Virus record (IMG/VR): IMGVR_UViG_3300030329_003563
Location: 1-50,053 of that record
DNA length: 50,053 nt
Source of the DNA: a virus
Lineage: Duplodnaviria > Caudoviricetes
Reading direction: 5' to 3' (one strand)
The position numbers were made by a program, and so were the translations under genes. The notes under the pieces were generated by a model. That model was not told the DNA's origin. It made no database searches and saw only the letters and a program-made list of their open reading frames with translations. This document shows positions 7,437 through 16,759 of this stretch, piece by piece; position 1 is the first letter of the stretch, and each line of letters opens with the position of its first letter.

Positions 7437-8837
7437 ATGTGGTATACACATCTTATTGCTCATCACAATAAAATTTTACGACCATCCCATAGAGATATTG
7501 GCACTCTACCTGGTTTTGTACCTATGCGTTTCGACCATTCTTGTAGTTTGCAATCTTCTGCGCTTGGCTCAGGAGGTATGTGGGGAAATGCTTATTACAC
7601 TCCATCATTTACTGTAGGGACAAATACTAGCGATGTAGCGAGTTGGAGGTTTCTAGATGGAGGCCATTCTAAATTTAGTATAGCATTTTGGGTAAAACCA
7701 TTAGGTCAAGAAATGCTCACAACTTTGCTCGGCCTAGGAAGTCATGATAATACTGGAAGGTATGCAAAGAAACAAGTTATTTTTGACAATTTAGGGGCAA
7801 GTGGCAATAACGGCTTTGAAATATATTTAGAAGGAAATGGTAGTTATTCTGACTCTGCAAGTAATACCGTAGATGGAGTTAACAACAAAATAACATTTAA
7901 AGTAGGTAGCACTACTGTGAGTACTAATCCTTCTACATTAGCTTTTCATAATAATCCAAATGTCTCAGAAGATAATAATGCATGGAAACATATTGTCTGC
8001 ACTTATGATAGTTCGCTTGGCTCTAATAATATGAAAATATATGCTAATGGGACTTTACATGCACAAGCCAATTGCACTACAGTTTTAAATGTTACAGAAA
8101 TGCCAATAATTGGAAGAAATCGAGCTAAAAGTACATCATCTGAAATGACTATAACGTCAACTTCCTATGCAGATAATATTACAACAGTTACTGGTACAGG
8201 CGGGGCATTTGGTATGATGGACAATAATTTAATGACTGCTAATGAAGATGTTACTATTTCAGGAACAAGCAATAATAATGGAACTAAAGAATTAGTTGAC
8301 AACTCAACCAAAATTACAGAATTTAAATTTCACAATTCAGGTGGAAGTTCAAGTGAAAATGAAAGCGGATTAAGTGGAGCAACGGCAACAATAGAGCATT
8401 TTCATCCCGTGGTAAAATTAAAAATTGGTGATATGCAAATATGGGATGGCGCAATATCGGCTTTAGAAGCGCGCCTTGTTTGGTGGATAGTAGCTCAAGT
8501 TCAAGCACATATAGATTGGAATCGATGGAATAGTGGCAGTCCATATTTCCCTATTCTTGGTAATAAGAGGAAACTATTTGCTTGGTATCGTTTTGGTGAT
8601 GGCCTAGAATATATAAATTATGGCCCGTCGGCTAATCAAGCAAAAGTATATAATATGTCAGCTTATACTGGATTGGGAAGTAATAACTCAAATTCCACAA
8701 TTAGGCAAAGAGATTTATATAGTAATGTTCCATGGGGATATTCTCAAGATGAAGACAACGCAGCAACACAAGCTATGTTATGGCCAGTTTCACAGCCAGA
8801 TTCTCCATGCGATAGTGGCGCTAGGCGTAGGAGGTAG
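7437..8837 (+). CDS. LamG/concanavalin-A-like domain virion protein
   Basis: FSIAFWVK, WKHIVCTYD, MKIYANG, IGDMQIWDGAIS, LFAWYRFGD. Confidence 0.8.
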   Translation: MWYTHLIAHHNKILRPSHRDIGTLPGFVPMRFDHSCSLQSSALGSGGMWGNAYYTPSFTVGTNTSDVASWRFLDGGHSKFSIAFWVKPLGQEMLTTLLGLGSHDNTGRYAKKQVIFDNLGASGNNGFEIYLEGNGSYSDSASNTVDGVNNKITFKVGSTTVSTNPSTLAFHNNPNVSEDNNAWKHIVCTYDSSLGSNNMKIYANGTLHAQANCTTVLNVTEMPIIGRNRAKSTSSEMTITSTSYADNITTVTGTGGAFGMMDNNLMTANEDVTISGTSNNNGTKELVDNSTKITEFKFHNSGGSSSENESGLSGATATIEHFHPVVKLKIGDMQIWDGAISALEARLVWWIVAQVQAHIDWNRWNSGSPYFPILGNKRKLFAWYRFGDGLEYINYGPSANQAKVYNMSAYTGLGSNNSNSTIRQRDLYSNVPWGYSQDEDNAATQAMLWPVSQPDSPCDSGARRRR

Positions 8838-10400
8838 ATGGCAAATCTCAACCTTAATGGTAATGTTTCAAAGAATGAAGAAACGCTCCATTTGGCGTAT
8901 AATGATTTAATAACCTTTGGCAAGATGTTTAGTCCACAGGACTTTTTAGCATCTGCTACCCCAGATTTCCACAGAGATGTAGGAAGTCTTCTTATAGACA
9001 AGACAAAACAACAATTAGCACTAGTTTTACCTCGAGACCATGCGAAATCTACCTTAGCGGCCTGTGCTGTGCTTCACAGATTTCTATTTGCAACGAAGGA
9101 GAATCCAGAGTTTATTGCATGGATTGGTGAAGCTCAAGACCAGGCAAGGGATAACTTGGCATGGATTCAGAACCATATATATGACAATCCAGCAATTCAC
9201 TATTATTTTGGCGATTTAGAGGGGGATAAATGGACAAAAGACGAATTTACACTAAGAAACGGCTGCCGAATGATTGGCAAGGGTACTTCACAAAGATTAA
9301 GAGGGAAAAGACAGAACTCGACAAGATACACAGGAATTATCTTAGATGACTTTGAATCAGAGTTAAATACAAAAACTCCTGACTCTAGACGTCAAATTAA
9401 AGAATGGGTAACAGCTGCGGTGTATCCAGCGATAGATTTTGATAAAAATGGATTTTTATGGTGCAATGGAACTATTGTCCATTATGACAGTTTCTTGAAT
9501 GGTTTAGTAAACAAAAACCAAGAGGCAATAAAAACGGGCGAAGACTTTGCTTGGTCGGTTTATACTAAAAAAGCTATCGAAGATGGCGCTCCTTTATGGC
9601 CTTCACGTTGGCCAATGAAGAAAATAGAAGAGCGTAAGCAATTCTATATTGATTCGGGAACCCCAGCTAAATTCTATCAAGAGTATATGAACCAGGCAAA
9701 ATCGCCCGAAGACCAGATTTTTAGTGAGGAGGATATTAATAATGCAATCTATAAGGGAAATGCGCGCTACGACGGAGAATGCGATTCATGGTATATCAAA
9801 CTGGATGACGGTCGAAAGGAGTATGTCAATATTTACATCGGCGTTGACCCTGCTTCGACACTTGGCCAGTATAACGATTATTCTGTTATTATGGTTATTG
9901 GCGTTACTGCCGAGTTTGATTATTACGTTATTGAATATTGGCAGAAGCGAGTCCTCCCAATGGACTGTGCAGACAAGATATTTGACATTGCAAAACGATA
10001 TAGCCCGATACGAAGAATAAATATAGAAACAGTAGCGTATCAGGAGATGTTAAGAGATTATGTAATGAAGAGAAGTAAGAGCGAAGGAGTATTCTTACCA
10101 GGGATAGAAAAAGGAATTAAGAACTATAACCAAAAAAAGAAAGACAGATTGTTTGAGGGGCTACAACCTATGTTTAAAGCAGGGGCTGTTCACCTTAAAA
10201 AAGATATGCATGAATTTATTGGAGAGCTTATCGATTTTCCTAAAGGTAGTCATGATGATACTATCGATGCATTTTGGTTAGCAACGCAGTTTGCTAAGGG
10301 AAATCCAAAGGCTGGGAACGTAAAAAGAAAGAAAAATAAGGATGGAACGTGGTATAAACCTCGAAAAATGTACAATTGGATGACAGGAGCTCGAAAATAG
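8838..10400 (+). CDS. terL: Terminase large subunit
   Basis: Walker A PRDHAKST, LRGKR, Walker B IILDDFE, nuclease GVDPA and HDDTIDA. Confidence 0.95.
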   Translation: MANLNLNGNVSKNEETLHLAYNDLITFGKMFSPQDFLASATPDFHRDVGSLLIDKTKQQLALVLPRDHAKSTLAACAVLHRFLFATKENPEFIAWIGEAQDQARDNLAWIQNHIYDNPAIHYYFGDLEGDKWTKDEFTLRNGCRMIGKGTSQRLRGKRQNSTRYTGIILDDFESELNTKTPDSRRQIKEWVTAAVYPAIDFDKNGFLWCNGTIVHYDSFLNGLVNKNQEAIKTGEDFAWSVYTKKAIEDGAPLWPSRWPMKKIEERKQFYIDSGTPAKFYQEYMNQAKSPEDQIFSEEDINNAIYKGNARYDGECDSWYIKLDDGRKEYVNIYIGVDPASTLGQYNDYSVIMVIGVTAEFDYYVIEYWQKRVLPMDCADKIFDIAKRYSPIRRINIETVAYQEMLRDYVMKRSKSEGVFLPGIEKGIKNYNQKKKDRLFEGLQPMFKAGAVHLKKDMHEFIGELIDFPKGSHDDTIDAFWLATQFAKGNPKAGNVKRKKNKDGTWYKPRKMYNWMTGARK

Positions 10401-10403
10401 CTA

Positions 10404-10432
10404 TTGTTTATCTCAATAAATAGGTTTATATT
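10404..10432 (+). promoter_or_regulatory. Promoter for portal gene, likely leaderless transcript
   Basis: TTGTTT-17-TATATT ending 7 nt before ATG 10440; no SD. Confidence 0.5.
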
Positions 10433-10439
10433 ATGAGTT

Positions 10440-12467
10440 ATGATACAAGAAGATATTAGGGTAAAAGAAGTTAGAGAGCTATTTGACCGTTGGCAAAAGG
10501 CTCGTATTGATTGGGATGCGGCTGCCAGAGAAGATATTGACTTCTATTTAGGTAATCATTTCACTGCAGCAGAGGTAGATGAGTTAGATTCAAGAAATCA
10601 GTCATCTATGCCTATGGATAGGCTATATTCTGCGATTGAGCAGTTCAAAGCAATTATTACTTCTAAGACACCAAAATTTTCTGCCGTTGGCAGAGAAGAC
10701 TCAGATAATAAGCAAGCAAATGTATGGAGAACGATTCTTGAATATATATGGGATATATCAGATGGAAATGAGATATTCAAGCAAGTTGTTCATGATTATG
10801 CTGTTACTGGCCTAGGTTATTTTTACTGTTATCTTGATAAAGATGCAGATTATGGAAGAGGTGAGGTTAAATTTACGTATGTAGACCCATTTCGCGTCTA
10901 TGTAGACCCTAATGCCAGACATCGCTATCTTGACGATGCATCTGGAATGATTGTATCTACTATTTTAACTAGGCAACAATTAATTGACTTGTATCCGCAA
11001 ATGTCTCAACCGATGAATGAAAATAGCGATAAGTTATTAATCGATGAGATTGAAGCACTTAGTGGCGATGAAGACTATCCAAATGCCACTAATAAGACCA
11101 CAATGCAGTCATTTACGCCAGATAATTCAAAAGATAAGGATTATGGGGTAGATAAGTATAGATTGCTAGAATACTATCGTAAAGTGCGTGTACCGTACTA
11201 TAGAGTGATTGACACGCGTAGTGGTGATGAAAGAATTATGACTCAGCAAGATTTTGCTGAGATGGCTCAAGATAAAGATTTTGCTAAAGCAATAGATAGA
11301 AAATTAATAGATTATGTAGAAATCACTCAACCAAGAGTTAAATTAACATGCACTGTTGGACAGATTGTATTATATGAAACTATTTGCGATACAGATATTT
11401 ATCCAATTGTCCCTGTTCCAAACATTTGGACAAATACTCCTTATCCAATGAGTGATGTTAGAAAGAATAAAGCTTTTCAAAGGTTCCTCAATAAGACGGT
11501 GTCGCTCATCACATCCCATGCCCAAGCGTCAGCTGGATTAAAGCTACTCGTACCCCAAGGAAGTGTTAGTGATATTGAAGAGCTCGAAAGAGACTGGTCA
11601 AATCCTAATGCTACTATCGAATATGACCCATCTTTTGGGGAACCGCATTTTCCTCAACCATCTCCATTGTCAAGCTCAATCATGACATTGCCGAAGATGA
11701 TTGAAGGATATATTGACTTAAATATCGGAATATTTGAAATGATGCAAGGAAGTACTGATGCAGCACCTAAAACTTATAGCGCAACGATGATGATGGAGGA
11801 TGTTGGGCAAAGACGTTCTAAATCTAAATTAAGAGATATTGAGGGTTCGCTAAAAAGATTAGGTCAAGTTGCATATAATATGGCAAAACAGCACTATAAA
11901 TTTAAAAAAACTTTTAGAATAGTACAGCCGAATAATGATATCAATGAATATACAATTAATAAAAGGTTATATGATGATAAGTCGCAGCAGCTAATGGCTA
12001 TTGAAAATGATGTATCTGTTGGTCAGTTTGATATTCGCATTATAGGTAATTCAACATTACCGTCAAATAAATGGGGCGAATGGCAAATATATATGGAAGC
12101 ATATCAAGCTGGACTTATTGATAGAGTAGAGGCATTAAAGAAGACAGAAATCTTTGATAAAGAGGGTGTTCTTCAAAGAACAGATGAAGTACAGAGATTA
12201 CAGGGAATGCTACAACAAGCTCAAGAACAACTTAAGAAACTCAGCGGTGACTTGCAAACTCAAGAGAGAGAAGCAGTATCGTCACGTAAGCGTACTGAGG
12301 TAGAAAAATTCAAAACAAGGCTTAAAGAGCAGGAGCTCGAAGTCAAATCAAATAGCAAACTGTCAGCTAATAAACTGGCAAACGCGGTCAAACTCGAATC
12401 TGAGAAATTACGTATGCGTAGTCAATCTCAATTAGATAAAGAGAAATCGCAGAAAGGAGCTAAATAA
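10440..12467 (+). CDS. Portal protein (P22-like, C-terminal coiled coil)
   Basis: DFYLGNHF, VDPFRVYVDP, YPIVP motifs; 675 aa after TerL. Confidence 0.9.
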   Translation: MIQEDIRVKEVRELFDRWQKARIDWDAAAREDIDFYLGNHFTAAEVDELDSRNQSSMPMDRLYSAIEQFKAIITSKTPKFSAVGREDSDNKQANVWRTILEYIWDISDGNEIFKQVVHDYAVTGLGYFYCYLDKDADYGRGEVKFTYVDPFRVYVDPNARHRYLDDASGMIVSTILTRQQLIDLYPQMSQPMNENSDKLLIDEIEALSGDEDYPNATNKTTMQSFTPDNSKDKDYGVDKYRLLEYYRKVRVPYYRVIDTRSGDERIMTQQDFAEMAQDKDFAKAIDRKLIDYVEITQPRVKLTCTVGQIVLYETICDTDIYPIVPVPNIWTNTPYPMSDVRKNKAFQRFLNKTVSLITSHAQASAGLKLLVPQGSVSDIEELERDWSNPNATIEYDPSFGEPHFPQPSPLSSSIMTLPKMIEGYIDLNIGIFEMMQGSTDAAPKTYSATMMMEDVGQRRSKSKLRDIEGSLKRLGQVAYNMAKQHYKFKKTFRIVQPNNDINEYTINKRLYDDKSQQLMAIENDVSVGQFDIRIIGNSTLPSNKWGEWQIYMEAYQAGLIDRVEALKKTEIFDKEGVLQRTDEVQRLQGMLQQAQEQLKKLSGDLQTQEREAVSSRKRTEVEKFKTRLKEQELEVKSNSKLSANKLANAVKLESEKLRMRSQSQLDKEKSQKGAK

Positions 12468-13201
12468 TGGATAACGCATTAGAAAATGGACATCTTGAAG
12501 GTGAACCCATGGACAATGTAGGGCAGGACGAAGCAGTCAATACGCAAGATAGTTCTACTAACTGGGAAGAACAAGCAAAATACTTCCAGAGTGAGAAGGA
12601 TAAAATCGCAGCGGAAAACTCAAAACTACAGCAATACGAAAAGATTGGACAACTATTGGAATCACGACCAGATATAGCAAATGCAGTAGCTGGTATGGTG
12701 CAAGGCGCACCGAGTGGTCAACCAGCAGCCCCACAACGTGTTGTTTTAGAAAAAGATGAATTTGACCCATGGGAAGCCTATAATGACCCGCAGTCTAAAT
12801 CGTACAAGTTCAGACAGCAAGAACTACAGGACTCTATAAATGGAGCTGTCAACCAACAAATGCAAGGATTACAGCGTAATCAAGGCGAGATGCAATTGAA
12901 GACCGAACTACAGCAACGAGGGCTCAGTCCCGCAGAAGTAGACTCTTTTATGAATTTTGCAGCGCAGAATCCAGCAGAGTATGGTGTTGATGGAGCTATT
13001 AAAATGTGGAGAGCTGTAGCTGAGTCTGGAGATACTGGCAATCAAGTACCAAACCCGTTAGATGATGTTCGTCAAACACAGGGGAACCCAGCAGTGGGTG
13101 GGGTGTTGCAAGGTCAACAACCTCAAGCTCCTAAGTCAGATGAAGATTCAATGTGGGATGCGATAACGAGTGCTGGTGGTCGTACGAATGTATTGAAATA
13201 A
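12467..13201 (+). CDS. Putative scaffolding protein
   Basis: Acidic Q-rich helical protein between portal and capsid genes. Confidence 0.7.
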   Translation: MDNALENGHLEGEPMDNVGQDEAVNTQDSSTNWEEQAKYFQSEKDKIAAENSKLQQYEKIGQLLESRPDIANAVAGMVQGAPSGQPAAPQRVVLEKDEFDPWEAYNDPQSKSYKFRQQELQDSINGAVNQQMQGLQRNQGEMQLKTELQQRGLSPAEVDSFMNFAAQNPAEYGVDGAIKMWRAVAESGDTGNQVPNPLDDVRQTQGNPAVGGVLQGQQPQAPKSDEDSMWDAITSAGGRTNVLK

Positions 13202-13225
13202 TAATATAACTAAGGAGAAAATGTA

Positions 13226-14575
13226 ATGGCTTTAAATTCAACCATTAATAGTGGACAAATTGGATTTTCTACTCCTGGTGCGGTCATTGATAATACTATA
13301 CCATCAAGAAGACTCTATGACTTTAGTGATAGAGTGGCAGACCTTTCGCCAGAGGAATCTCCATTTTTTGTTTACTTATCAAAAGTAGGAAAAGTCCCAA
13401 CATCAGACTCTCAGTTTAGATTCTTAGAAGACAGAACAAAAGTTGAAATGACAGATAGAAGCTTCCTACTTAAAGGTGCAACTACTATGGTTGCAGAGGG
13501 AAGTTCTATGAGTGTTAATTTCGACACATCAGGTGGAGCTTCAGTAGATTGGCTTATACCAGGAATGGTTATAGCAATCGGCGATGTTGATGGAAATAGT
13601 GTTCCAACAACAGCAAATGTTCGTATTGATAGTGTTTCTGATTCAGGTTCTCACACAACCTGCAGTGTTACATCAATATCACATGTTGCAACAACAGGTA
13701 CTCTTGCATTAGCTGATAATTCAAATTGTACTGTCATAGGGACCTCTTTTAAAGAAGGTTCGGGTGCTCCAGATGTATGGTCTTCAGAGCTAGATAATGA
13801 ATATGGTTATACTCAAATATTCAAAACAGCTTGTGAAATGACTAATACTGCTAGAGCAACAGTCTATAGAGGATATGCTGATGAATGGGCAAGACTATGG
13901 AATCTTAAATTAAGAGAACATAAAGTTGATATCGAAAGAGCAATGCTTTTTGGACAAAAAGGTAGTGCTGGAGGTATTCAATATACAGAAGGCATTGTAG
14001 GTTCTACAATAGCTGCTGGGTATGGGAACATTGTTAATGATGGCTCTCAACTATCATATAATGAAGGTGTCCCATACTATAAGTCAAATGCAGTTGGTGA
14101 ATGGTCATATGATGATTTGTTGCAAGATTTTGAAGTAATGTTCGACCCTGCAAGGGGTGGAAGTGCTTCTAAATTAGCTTTAGCAAGTCTTCCTGTGATA
14201 TCTCACTTTAACAAACTAGGCTCAAGTAATACTTTTATTGGAAACAGTTTAAGTAGTACTGCTCCTTATCAATTTGAGAAAAGTAATGGAACTTTTGGAC
14301 ATCAGGTTACAAAAGTAGAAACTGTACATGGAGATTTATCTCTTGTAAAAGAACCTTTATTTAGAGGTTTTGCTTCTGGTTTTTGCATGATTGTTGACCT
14401 TGACCATTGTTCATATAGACCTCTTGTTGGTAACGGTGTTAATAGAGACACTTCAATCACAACTAATGTGCAACAGGCTGATGAAGATTTACGAAAAGAT
14501 ATGATTCTAACAGAAGCAGGTCTTGAAGTTTCTCTTCCTGAGACTCATGCACTTATCAATTTGGAGGGCGTGTAA
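13226..14575 (+). CDS. Major capsid protein (SU10/DUF5309-like)
   Basis: SPEESPFF, YTQIFK, KLREHKVDIERAMLFG, ILTEAGLEV. Confidence 0.9.
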   Translation: MALNSTINSGQIGFSTPGAVIDNTIPSRRLYDFSDRVADLSPEESPFFVYLSKVGKVPTSDSQFRFLEDRTKVEMTDRSFLLKGATTMVAEGSSMSVNFDTSGGASVDWLIPGMVIAIGDVDGNSVPTTANVRIDSVSDSGSHTTCSVTSISHVATTGTLALADNSNCTVIGTSFKEGSGAPDVWSSELDNEYGYTQIFKTACEMTNTARATVYRGYADEWARLWNLKLREHKVDIERAMLFGQKGSAGGIQYTEGIVGSTIAAGYGNIVNDGSQLSYNEGVPYYKSNAVGEWSYDDLLQDFEVMFDPARGGSASKLALASLPVISHFNKLGSSNTFIGNSLSSTAPYQFEKSNGTFGHQVTKVETVHGDLSLVKEPLFRGFASGFCMIVDLDHCSYRPLVGNGVNRDTSITTNVQQADEDLRKDMILTEAGLEVSLPETHALINLEGV

Positions 14576-14576
14576 T

Positions 14577-15146
14577 ATGAGAAGTGACTATTTAAATGAA
14601 AATAGTTCATCAAACGTCTCGAATGATGGATTCAGTGAACTAGGTGGAGTAAAAAAAATACTTACATTTGGTGGTGATTGCAGAGATTCAATACTAGATT
14701 CTGCAACAACAGCATATGCAGACAATGATATTATAGCATATATGGGAGCTTTAGATGTTACTGTTCCAATAGGGTTTAATGACCCTTTAAAAATAGTAAT
14801 CGATAGAGTTACATTTTGCTGTAATGTTGCTACAGGAAATGCTATGACTGGAACTATTGCTGCTGGAACTTCTGAAAATGAAGCATTAAACGGCGCTGTT
14901 ACAGGTGCTGTTGAGATAGTTGGTGCAGATGCAAGTATGGTAGCTCCAGATGGTAGTGGTGGCACAACAGGATATACAGAAGCTGATTTAAATCTTAATT
15001 CAGCTGGAGTTACTTATGCGATGCCAGGTATTGTTTTGCCTGTTGGTACTAAGTATATGTACTTTCGTACTGTAACAGCTATCAACCATGCAACTAATTT
15101 TGATGCTGGTAGATATAATGTTATCATTGAATACACTGTAATTTAA
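14577..15146 (+). CDS. Putative capsid decoration protein
   Basis: ATG 14577 with GGAGG; directly after MCP; MRSDYLN N-terminus. Confidence 0.65.
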   Translation: MRSDYLNENSSSNVSNDGFSELGGVKKILTFGGDCRDSILDSATTAYADNDIIAYMGALDVTVPIGFNDPLKIVIDRVTFCCNVATGNAMTGTIAAGTSENEALNGAVTGAVEIVGADASMVAPDGSGGTTGYTEADLNLNSAGVTYAMPGIVLPVGTKYMYFRTVTAINHATNFDAGRYNVIIEYTVI

Positions 15147-15273
15147 ACCGAAATCATAAGGTTTAACAGTTTTGTAGGACTGTGCAGGGTATCGTATAAA
15201 GGGTACCCTGCGAACCTACTAAAATTTTGACAACAATAAACAAGCCCATTCACGCACAGCCAGTGCTTAGGGC
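15143..15273 (+). promoter_or_regulatory. Structured intergenic region with three hairpins
   Basis: TTAAACC/GGTTTAA; GTAGG..GCAGGGTATC/GGTACCCTGC..CCTAC; GCCC..GCAC/GTGC..GGGC next to the SD. Confidence 0.5.
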
Positions 15274-15284
15274 AGGAGGAAAAC

Positions 15285-15599
15285 ATGGCAAGAAGTTTAA
15301 TGAATTATACAGTAGTAGAAGCACAAAATGCTGCTTTAGGTCAAGCAGGTTCAGTATTTATAGATGATGATGCAATCCACACAGGTCCTTTTGTAGCAAT
15401 AGCAGCGATTGTAGATTCTACAATAGATGCATCTGATTCTACTAATATTGCAAATACAATGGTTGATGGAGTTGGAGGTTCAACAGGAGCTACAACTATG
15501 GCTACAGATTTTCAAATTCCAGCAGGCATGACAATATATGGGCAGTTTGAATTTATATCTCTAGTTTCTGGCGGTAAAGTAATCGCATATAAAGGTTAA
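15285..15599 (+). CDS. Small virion structural protein
   Basis: IPAGMTIYG..I.LVSG.VIAY beta-sandwich pattern; strong RBS. Confidence 0.7.
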   Translation: MARSLMNYTVVEAQNAALGQAGSVFIDDDAIHTGPFVAIAAIVDSTIDASDSTNIANTMVDGVGGSTGATTMATDFQIPAGMTIYGQFEFISLVSGGKVIAYKG

Positions 15600-15601
15600 T
15601 A

Positions 15602-16759
15602 ATGCCTTTAGGATTAGGAGCTAGTTTATCTAAAGCAAGTATTGTTACCCCAGGTGTTGTTACAGATAATCTGGTTATGAAACATATGTATCCCGCAGGA
15701 GCAGTGCAGCCAATAAGTGATGGTGCTGTATATTGCGATGGAAGCACATATGTAGATTGTGGGACAGGCATTGGAACTGCTTTAGGTGATAATTATGCAG
15801 GTGACTTAACTGTATCTATGTGGTTCAAGGCTAATGCAACTACAGGAGTAGGACTATTTCAATCAGGAAATGAAAGTCATAACAATAGAGAATTTTCTCT
15901 TAGATTAAATTCCGATACAATAGAATTTGGACTTAATAATATAGGTTGGCAAAGAACTGTAGCTTTTACTGATACAAGTAACTGGCATCATGTAACAGCT
16001 GTTTTAGATAATGGCTCAGAGAGTACATCATTATTGTACTTAGATGGAGTTTCAGTGGGTTCGGTTGCAGGGGGTTCAAGTTTTCCTACAGCAAGTAATT
16101 TAGATTTTAATGGCGATGACACACATATTGGAAGATTTTATAATTCTGAATTTAATGGCTATATATGCAATGTTGGAATGTGGACTAGGATATTAACTCA
16201 AGCAGAAATAAAATCAATTATGTGGAAACAGTATGCAGATTTAACAACTAGTGAAAAAACTAATTTAGTATCATGGTGGAATTTAGATAGCAGTGAAACT
16301 GCAAGTGATGGAAAGGTTATTACATATGATAATCATTACGGTGGGAGTGCAAGTTCTGTTGGTTCGGAATTATTAACTAATGGAGATTTTGCAACAGGTG
16401 ATTTGACTGGATGGACTACATTTACAGCAGGCGATGGAGTAGAAGCATCTTACGTTAATGGTGGAGCAAGAATTTATAGTCCATCTGGAGGCAATACTGG
16501 TATAAGGCAAGCAATTTTAACAACTGGAAAGTTATATGATATTACTTATACTATCATTGAAAATAATGGAGGTAGCTTAGCTTTTGAGGATGAAACTACA
16601 GATACAATAACATCTACGGTGGGGACTCATACAATTAAAAATCATTTTGTTGATAGTGATTCAAATTTTATTATAAAAAGAAATAGTGGAGCTACAGATA
16701 TAATTGTAGGTGATATTTCAGTAAAAGAAGTTCAAGGTAATTGGGGAGTATTATCATAA
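15602..16759 (+). CDS. LamG domain virion protein with CBM-like C-terminal module
   Basis: MPLGLGASL N-terminus; TVSMWFK, WHHVTAV, LYLDG; GSELLTNGDF module. Confidence 0.8.
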   Translation: MPLGLGASLSKASIVTPGVVTDNLVMKHMYPAGAVQPISDGAVYCDGSTYVDCGTGIGTALGDNYAGDLTVSMWFKANATTGVGLFQSGNESHNNREFSLRLNSDTIEFGLNNIGWQRTVAFTDTSNWHHVTAVLDNGSESTSLLYLDGVSVGSVAGGSSFPTASNLDFNGDDTHIGRFYNSEFNGYICNVGMWTRILTQAEIKSIMWKQYADLTTSEKTNLVSWWNLDSSETASDGKVITYDNHYGGSASSVGSELLTNGDFATGDLTGWTTFTAGDGVEASYVNGGARIYSPSGGNTGIRQAILTTGKLYDITYTIIENNGGSLAFEDETTDTITSTVGTHTIKNHFVDSDSNFIIKRNSGATDIIVGDISVKEVQGNWGVLS

